From Woeseiaceae bacterium (lineage in GTDB: Bacteria; Pseudomonadota; Gammaproteobacteria; Steroidobacterales; Woeseiaceae): 64,000 nucleotides of DNA. The position numbers and the translations under genes are program-made. The stretch lies in assembly GCA_034521225.1 (NCBI GenBank), contig JAXHMR010000016.1:21532-85531 (forward strand), in the 5' to 3' direction. Positions 57,308 to 64,000 of this stretch are shown one piece after another. Below the pieces are notes generated by a model. The model had not been told where the DNA came from, did not search any database, and saw only the letters and a list, made by a program, of their open reading frames with translations. Each line of letters starts with the position of its first letter. Position 1 is the stretch's first letter.

Positions 57308-59100
57308 TCAATCGGGATCGAGCAGTCGCGCGGCGACCTTCCCGCGCACGGAGTTAATGACCATGATCTCCGTCGCATCGGCCAGTTCCGCTACGGTAAC
57401 CGGCCGCTCCTCGATCAGGCCCTGGTCGAGCATCCAGTTTCGGTAAGTCCCGGCGAGCAGTCCGCAGTGGACCGGCGGTGTGTATATTTTTGTGCCGGTG
57501 CGGACAAGCACATTGGCTATCGTGGTTTCCGTAACAAGGCCGTCGCTCGTTCCACAGCAGCACATCGTCGCAGTCCCCCGCATCGGCGAGTGGCTTGTCG
57601 TAGCAATCACGCCATGTGGTCTTGTGGTAGAAAAACGGATTGCCCCGATCGATCGGCTCCCTGGCCAACCGTAGCCGGACAGGCGGCCGGTCGCCAGAGG
57701 TTTCGGGTTCAGAGACAGACGCTGTGAAGCAGCCGCTCGTTGCGAGCAGCAATCGAACGCGCAGGCGAGATGCGTTGCACTTCAATACCTCGTCCGACAG
57801 TGTGCCGCGGGCACGTGCCGGATCAAACGGGATATCGAAATACTCCGCGGACTCGGCCATGCGCGTCAGGTGACGGTCCAGCAGAAAGAATCCATCCTCT
57901 CGTGTCCAGAGCAGCGTCTGAGTAAACTCTGACTCGTCCGCCGCGGATCACGGTGCAGCACGCGCGCCTTGGCCAGCACATTCGGCGGCAGTCCGCTCCT
58001 CCGCGTCCGAACTCCATACGATACCGCCGCCTATCCCGTAAACCGCCTGGTCGGCCCGCTTGTCAATAAACGCGGTCCGTATTGCGACACTGAATTGCGC
58101 CTGCCGGCCAGGTGCCATATACCCTATTGCTCCGGTGTAAATGTGGCGCTCAGTGTCCTCAAGCCCTGCGATCAACTGCAGCGCCTGGCAACCTTTGGCG
58201 CACCGGTGACTGAAGCACATGGCGACAGCGCCGAAGAATATGTTCGTAACCGATGCACCGGTCCTGGCCCTGACTGTCGACGTCATCTGCCAGACGGTCG
58301 GATACTTTTCAATCCGGAACAGGTCGTCGGTCCGGACCGAGCCGGCTTCGGCGATGCGGCCAACGTCGTTTCGTATCATGTCGGCAATCATGACGTTCTC
58401 GGCGCGGTCTTTCGATGAACTGCCCAGCTGCGCGCAGAGCGCCCTGTCCTCGGGGAGCGTCATGCCGCGTGGTGCCGTACCCTTCATCGGCTTGCATTCC
58501 AGATCCTGGTCGGCCAGGCGGAAAGTTCCGGGGACGCCGAGATGATCGCGCAGTCCTCCGCTTCAAGGTAAGCTGCAAAGGGCGCATCCGCGGCAACGCG
58601 CAGGAACATGGCCCAGGGATCGCCGGCGGCTTCTGTCCGGGCGCGGATCGTAAAGTTGACCTGGTAGGTATTGCCCAGCGCGATCTGGTCCTTGATGGAT
58701 CGTATGATGCGGCGATAGTCCGGCCGTGCAATGTCGACCGACCATTGCTGGCGCTGGCCAGGCTTCACACCGGCCGCTCCCGGCGATTCGCAGACTTGAG
58801 GCGCGGCAAACAGCCCGAAGCAGAGTAACGGCCAGTCGCCCTGCCGCCGGGTCACGAGCGCCGGGTCGAAACCGGCAGCGCCTTCATAAGCAACATAACC
58901 GGCAGCGTACAGCCCGTCGGCGTTGACCCGCGCCTCAGCCCGGGCCAGCATCGGCTGCACATCAGCGATGTCGTTTGCGACAAGCACGTCCAGCGGCTCA
59001 ACAAACCTGAGCGCACTCGGATCTTTGGCTGATCCGCGGACAGTATTTGCTTCGGAACTGCGTTTTTCACAAGTGCACCGGTTTTTATCAGGCGGTATCG
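57308..59100 (-). CDS. pabB: Aminodeoxychorismate synthase component I fused to an aminotransferase class IV / ADC lyase domain, frameshifted
   Basis: AAGYVAYE, GNTYQVNFT, SASPEL, PMKGT.PRG, KDRAENVMIADMIRND, QMTSTV, YTGAIG, GIGGGIVW; then HKTT.R, GLLAGT.R, INSVRG. Start uncertain. Confidence 0.88.
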
Positions 59101-59175
59101 TGCCATATACTCTCAACGTCGCTATGCAAGCAGCATGCGGTAGCAGCGCCGCTGCGGCGATGGCCCGGCGGAGCA

Positions 59176-60126
59176 ATGCATGGAGAGTACAAGGACTATT
59201 ACAAGATCATGGGCGTCGACCGCGATGCCGCCCAGGACGAAATCAAACGTGCGTACCGGAAACTGGCGCGCAAGTATCACCCCGATGTCAGCAAGGAACC
59301 GGATGCCGAAGCCCGCTTCAAGGAAGTGGCAGAAGCTTACGCCGTACTGAAGGATACCGAACGCCGTGCCGCCTATGATCAGCTCGGCCGGAACTGGAAG
59401 GAAGGGCAGGATTTCCGGCCTTCACAGGACCAGGGTGCGGGTTTTGAATTCAGCGGCGCGGGCTTTGGTGACGACGCATCTGCCTACAGCGACTTCTTTG
59501 AATCGCTGTTCGGGCGCGGCTTCGGGGCACAGCAGGGATTTCGCCAGGCGCGGCCGCAGGCCAGGGGTGAAGACCGGCACGCAAGAGTCCTGATCGACCT
59601 CGAGGACGCCTATTCCGGCGCGACCCGTACGATTACGCTGCAGTCGCCGCAAGTCGACGAGAACAACCGCGTTACGTCGAAAAGCCGCACTCTGAACGTC
59701 AAGATACCCAAGGGCGTCAAGTCCGGCCAGCATATACGACTGTCCGGCCAGGGTTCACCCGGATTTGGCGACGGCAAGGCCGGCGATCTGTACCTCGAGA
59801 TCGACTTTCGGCCCCATCCACTCTTCCGGGTGGAAGGCCAGGATGTATTCCTCGACCTGCCCGTCACACCGTGGGAAGCCGCGCTGGGCGCTACCGTCAA
59901 AGTGCCGACACCGGCTGGAACCGTTGATCTCAGCATACCGAAAGGCACCCGTGCCGGTCGCAAGCTGCGCCTCAAGGGGCGCGGTATTCCGGGCAAAACG
60001 CCTGGGGACCTGTACGTCGCGCCGGTTATCACGCTGCCGCCGGCTGACACCGAATCCGCAATCGCTCTTTACGAAAAAATGGCCAGCGAAATGCCCTACA
60101 ACCCGCGCAGCAAACTGGGGGTTTAG
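59176..60126 (+). CDS. cbpA: Curved DNA-binding DnaJ-class chaperone CbpA
   Basis: YKDYY, J-domain KYHPDV, FSDFFESLFG-type motif, PWEAALG; no Zn finger; followed by cbpM. Confidence 0.92.
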   Translation: MHGEYKDYYKIMGVDRDAAQDEIKRAYRKLARKYHPDVSKEPDAEARFKEVAEAYAVLKDTERRAAYDQLGRNWKEGQDFRPSQDQGAGFEFSGAGFGDDASAYSDFFESLFGRGFGAQQGFRQARPQARGEDRHARVLIDLEDAYSGATRTITLQSPQVDENNRVTSKSRTLNVKIPKGVKSGQHIRLSGQGSPGFGDGKAGDLYLEIDFRPHPLFRVEGQDVFLDLPVTPWEAALGATVKVPTPAGTVDLSIPKGTRAGRKLRLKGRGIPGKTPGDLYVAPVITLPPADTESAIALYEKMASEMPYNPRSKLGV

Positions 60127-60132
60127 TCCGTC

Positions 60133-60450
60133 ATGAGAAATGAAACCCTGACCGGAACGCTGATAGACGATCGCATCGAACTGACGATAACCGAGATTTG
60201 TTATGCCTGCTCCTGCTCAACGGAGTGGGTCATTGAACTGGTCGATGAAGGTGTGCTGGAACCCGTTGCCGGGGAACGCGATGACTTGCGCTTCGCGGGC
60301 ACCAGCCTGCGGCGCGCGCGCGCGGCCAGGCGCCTGCAGCAGGACCTGGGATTGAACCTCCCGGGTGTCGCCCTGGCCCTGCAGATGATGGACGAGATGG
60401 AAGCCCTCCGTGTCGAGCTGGAACGATTGGCCGGCCGCCGGCAACCTTGA
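60133..60450 (+). CDS. cbpM: Chaperone modulator CbpM
   Basis: ELVDEGVLEP...RL.QDLGLNLPGVALAL; directly downstream of cbpA. Confidence 0.9.
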   Translation: MRNETLTGTLIDDRIELTITEICYACSCSTEWVIELVDEGVLEPVAGERDDLRFAGTSLRRARAARRLQQDLGLNLPGVALALQMMDEMEALRVELERLAGRRQP

Positions 60451-60503
60451 TCTTTTGATTGCCGGACAGATGTCAGGGATATCGTGAGCATTAGGAATTA
60501 CCC

Positions 60504-60962
60504 TTGACCACCCCGATCCACGTTGTCTGCCCGAGTTGCGATGCCGTCAACCGCATCCCGGAGAATCGCCTTCAGGAATCACCGCAATGCGGCAAGTGCC
60601 ACAGCCCGCTGATGCCGGCAAGCCCGCCCGAACTGCACGGTGACCGCTTTGTGAAGCACCTGAACCGCAATGACTTACCGGTCGTCGTCGACTTCTGGGC
60701 AGAATGGTGCGGCCCGTGCAAGGCCATGGCACCCGAGTTCAGCCGGTCGGCCGGGGAATTGCAGTCGGAAGCGCGCCTCATCAAGCTGAATACGGAACAG
60801 GACGCCGCTGCGTCAGCGCGATACTCGATACGCAGTATTCCGACGATGATCCTGTTTCTTGGCGGAAAGGAAGTTGCGCGTCAATCCGGCGCCATGCGGG
60901 CGGCGGACATAACCCGCTGGGTCCGGACGAATAACGGGCCGGGCCGGGGCGCTGCTGCCTGA
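60504..60962 (+). CDS. trxC: Thioredoxin 2 (Zn-finger thioredoxin)
   Basis: CPSC...CGKC zinc site plus WCGPC. Confidence 0.92.
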   Translation: MTTPIHVVCPSCDAVNRIPENRLQESPQCGKCHSPLMPASPPELHGDRFVKHLNRNDLPVVVDFWAEWCGPCKAMAPEFSRSAGELQSEARLIKLNTEQDAAASARYSIRSIPTMILFLGGKEVARQSGAMRAADITRWVRTNNGPGRGAAA

Positions 60963-61005
60963 TTACTCACGATCAGGAAAACGTTTTGACGACAGGCCGC
61001 TATAG

Positions 61006-61994
61006 TCATCCCCACAGCCGGCTGTCGAATACTTCGACGACAGCATTGTTGTAGTGCATGCCGAATTCACGGTCGTGACGCATCAGGAGCGGCCCGTCGA
61101 TATCGACGAAGTCGCATAGCTGCGCGACGACGAACGACGGCGCCATGCTGAGCGACGTCCCCAGCATGTTGCCCACCATCAGGCGACAACCCCGGTCGCG
61201 GGCCTGACGGGCAAGCGCCAGCGCCTCGGTCAGGCCGCCGGTCTTGTCGAGCTTGATATTGATCATGTCGTAGCGCCGGGCGGCAATCTCGAGCTCGCTC
61301 GAGTCCTGGCAGGATTCGTCCGCGGCGAGCGGCACCGGCGAATCGAAGCCCGTCGAGCGCCGCGTCGGCGCCCCGCGGCAGCGGCTGCTCGACCATGTCG
61401 ATCGCGAGCTCCGCGATACCGGGCAACAGCGCCTGCAGCCGCTCGAAACTCCAGCCCTGGTTGGCGTCCACGACGATGCGGGCGTCGGGCCGGGCGCCGC
61501 GTATCGCCTGCCAGGCGCTCGTAGCGGCCGGTGGCCGTCCAGCTTGACTTTCAGCAGCGGATACTCGCGCGCGGCACTGGCCCTGGCCGCCATCTCCTCG
61601 GGCGTGTCTTCGAGGCCGATCGTGTACACGGTCGTGACCGGCTGCGGCTCGATGCCGGTCAGTGACCAGATCGAGCGGCCACTGCGCTTCGCCTCGAGAT
61701 CCCACAATGCGCAGTCGACCGCGTTGCGCGCACCGCCGGCCGGGAGCAGCGTGGCCAGTGCAGCCTGTCGCGATCAATACCGCCCTTCAGCTTATTCGTC
61801 GATGTTCCGCGAATCTGCGTGGTCATGCTGTCCGCGGTTTCACCGAGATAGGAAACGCCCTGTGCTTCGCCGCGGCCGCGCGCGTCGCCGCAGGCCAGCT
61901 CGACCACGACGCAGGTGGCGTGATGCCATTCGCTGCCGGTAATCCGGAACGGCTGCCGCAGGGCCCATTCCTCGACCCGTAACGCGAACTCCAT
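61006..61994 (-). CDS. dgcA: N-acetyl-D-glutamate racemase DgcA / L-Ala-D/L-Glu epimerase (enolase superfamily), frameshifted
   Basis: PFRITG, GARNAVDCALWDL, LLKVKL, VDANQGW, EQP, ADES, NIKLDKTGGLTEAL, DIDGPL. Confidence 0.8.
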
Positions 61995-61999
61995 GGCTG

Positions 62000-63053
62000 C
62001 CCTGCGCTCGGACCACTCCGTAAGCCGCCGGAGAGCGTCTCTGCGATCCGGCTGCATGCCACCGGCCAGGGGATCGACGCACGGCAGGCCGGTCTCCGCC
62101 GCCAGCCTGTCGAGATACGGCTCGCGTTCCGCAGCCGGCAGCGACGACGTGTTCACGCTGACGCCCGCGCAGCGGATGTCCGGATTGGTCAGCCGTCCCG
62201 CGCGCAGGTTGAGATCGATGCAGTCGGCTATCGACGGCAAGGCGCAATGTTCCCACTCGCCGATAACGCTACGCGCCGCATCGTGACAGACGACGACGGC
62301 ATCGGGTTGTGAGCCGTGCAGCAGGCCGAGGCTGACCGCGGCATAACCCGGATGGAACAGCGATCCCTGGCCCTCGATGACGTCCCAGTGATCAGCGTCG
62401 TTGTCCGGCGACAGCACCTCGGCGGCCCCGGAAACGAAGTCGGCAACGACCGAGTCGATCGGGATACCCCTGCCGGCAATCATGATGCCCGTCTGGCCGG
62501 TCGCCCGGAACGTCGCCTCTACTCCGGCAGCCAGCAGCGCCTCCGTGCAGGGCGAGCGCGGAATACTTCTTGCCGACGGCGCAATCCGTGCCCACGGTCA
62601 GAACCCGCCGACCGCTGCGTTTCCTGCCGGAGCCCACCGGCAACCCTTGCGGCGGCACGCGGACATCGACCAGGCGCGCACCGGATGCGGTGGCCGCGCG
62701 CGTTACAAGGCCTGGAAAATCGCTGAGCCTTACGTGCAGGCCACATACGATGTCGAGCCCGCCCTCGGCTGCCTCCTGGATCACCGCCCACCACGCAGAC
62801 GGGATGGTCCCGCCGACCGGCGCCACGCCGATGATCAGGCTGCGGACGCCGGCGGCCGCCGCCTCGGCAACGGCCATGTCCGGCACGCCGAGATCGACCG
62901 CGCAACCCGGGAACCGCAGCTGCCCGGCGACCTTGTCGCGCCGCCACTGCACGATGCCGAAGCCGGTCTTGGCGTACAGCGGCATCCGCGCACGTCCCCG
63001 ATCAGGACGAGGTAAGGTGCCGTAAGCTGAACTACGGTTTGCGTGTTTGCCAT
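62000..63053 (-). CDS. dgcN: DUF1611 protein, D-glutamate N-acetyltransferase DgcN-like, frameshifted
   Basis: AKTGFGI, GLDIVCGLH, LTVGTDCAVGKKY, FRATGQTGIMIAG, DFVSGAAE, EGQGSLFHP, LLHGSQPD. Confidence 0.82.
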
Positions 63054-63316
63054 ACTGTCTCCCGGGAATCCTGCCCAGTAATCAAACGCCAACAGTATGG
63101 GTTCCGGCCGGCAATCTCAATCGAGTGCACGTGCGCACAATGCGCGCATGCCGACGTCATACCGGGGTTCGTGCCAAATGTCGAGACCAGGCGGGCTGCA
63201 GCTGCCCCACTTCGGCCCGGCCGTCGCCGACGCGATAGTGTCCCGCAACGAATTTTGCCCGCGGCCTCAATCCTGACGTAAACTCGCGGGCTCCACATTG
63301 CCCGGACCCGAACGCA

Positions 63317-64000
63317 ATGACGACACCCCGGATCATCTACACGGAAACGGACGAGGCGCCGGCGCTTGCAACGCGTTCCCTGCTGCCCCTGGTAGCGGCT
63401 GTCACCGCACCCGCCGGAATCAATATTGAAACGCGCGACATATCCCTGGCCGCTCGAATTCTCGCTGCATTTCCCGAAAGGCTCGGCGATAAACAAAAAA
63501 TGCCGGATGCATTGGCCGAGCTGGGCGATATCGCAAAAACGCCAGAGGCCAATATCATCAAGCTGCCGAACATCAGCGCGTCGGTTCCGCAGCTAAACGC
63601 CGCCGTTCGTGAATTGCAGTCGCAAGGGTATGACATACCCGGCTTCCCCGAGGAACCGCGAAACGACGAGGAGCGTACGATTCGGGCACGATACGGCGCC
63701 GTCCTTGGCAGCGCGGTCAATCCTGTCTTGCGCGAGGGCAATTCAGACCGGCGCGTGGCATCAGCGGTCAAGCAATTTGCCAGGAACCATCCGCATTCAA
63801 TGGGCGAATGGAGCAAATATTCCAGATCACACGTAGCACATATGACTCGCGGAGACTTTTACGCGAGTGAACGTTCCGTTGTTATCGACCAGCCGGGTGA
63901 CGTTAAAATCGAATTTGTTGATCCGCAATCAAATGTCACGGTGCTGAAAGACCGTACAACGGTTAACGCCGGGACATTATAGATGCCGCCGTCATGAGTT
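63317..64000 (+). CDS. icd: Monomeric NADP-dependent isocitrate dehydrogenase, 5' part
   Basis: [54 protein letters not shown]. Confidence 0.93.

Noticed and set aside
1-64000. Widespread frameshifts read as genome-wide pseudogenisation or programmed frameshifting
   Set aside because: Indels also hit conserved genes such as ribF, pabB and malic enzyme, with motifs otherwise intact and few in-frame substitution stops. This pattern fits sequencing or consensus error better.
1-64000. CRISPR arrays, tRNA/rRNA genes, integrases or transposases
   Set aside because: No regularly spaced direct repeats, RNA-gene signatures or recombinase/transposase motifs were recognised by eye. A tRNAscan or Infernal run would be needed to exclude small RNAs.

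Overview
This is a GC-rich bacterial chromosome segment whose gene content fits a heterotrophic aquatic or sediment gammaproteobacterium (inference). It carries frequent single-base indels, so most long genes are split across frames. These are probably long-read or low-coverage errors, and true pseudogene status cannot be judged. Recognisable modules, in order: (1) a head-to-head, diverged inverted duplication of pyruvate oxidase + flavodoxin-like genes (1-2830); (2) malic enzyme, serine hydrolase, di-heme peroxidase, vapBC and an S9 peptidase; (3) a Fur-boxed TonB receptor-piuC/ybiX-phoX cluster; (4) a complete Wadjet (jetABCD) anti-plasmid operon and mscS; (5) a thioesterase / MMPL-LolA-like fusion / beta-barrel lipid-export operon; (6) an ECF sigma factor, an SDR and an FeS-less (6-4) photolyase-like gene; (7) a quinohemoprotein alcohol dehydrogenase and an ERIC-like 160-bp palindromic element; (8) acyl-CoA ligase/ECH, ribF and an AcrAB-type pump whose outer-membrane channel gene is internally deleted; (9) pabB-pabC, cbpAM-trxC, dgcN-dgcA and the start of a monomeric IDH. 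The most striking unexplained structure is that many 'intergenic' gaps hold short 5' or 3' stumps of recognisable genes (a second photolyase start, LysR, kinase, GFA, ferredoxin, OMF, MFS/spermidine synthase, DUF1206). The window therefore looks like a patchwork of gene blocks joined at abrupt junctions. This is either real recombination or deletion mosaicism, or a chimeric assembly.
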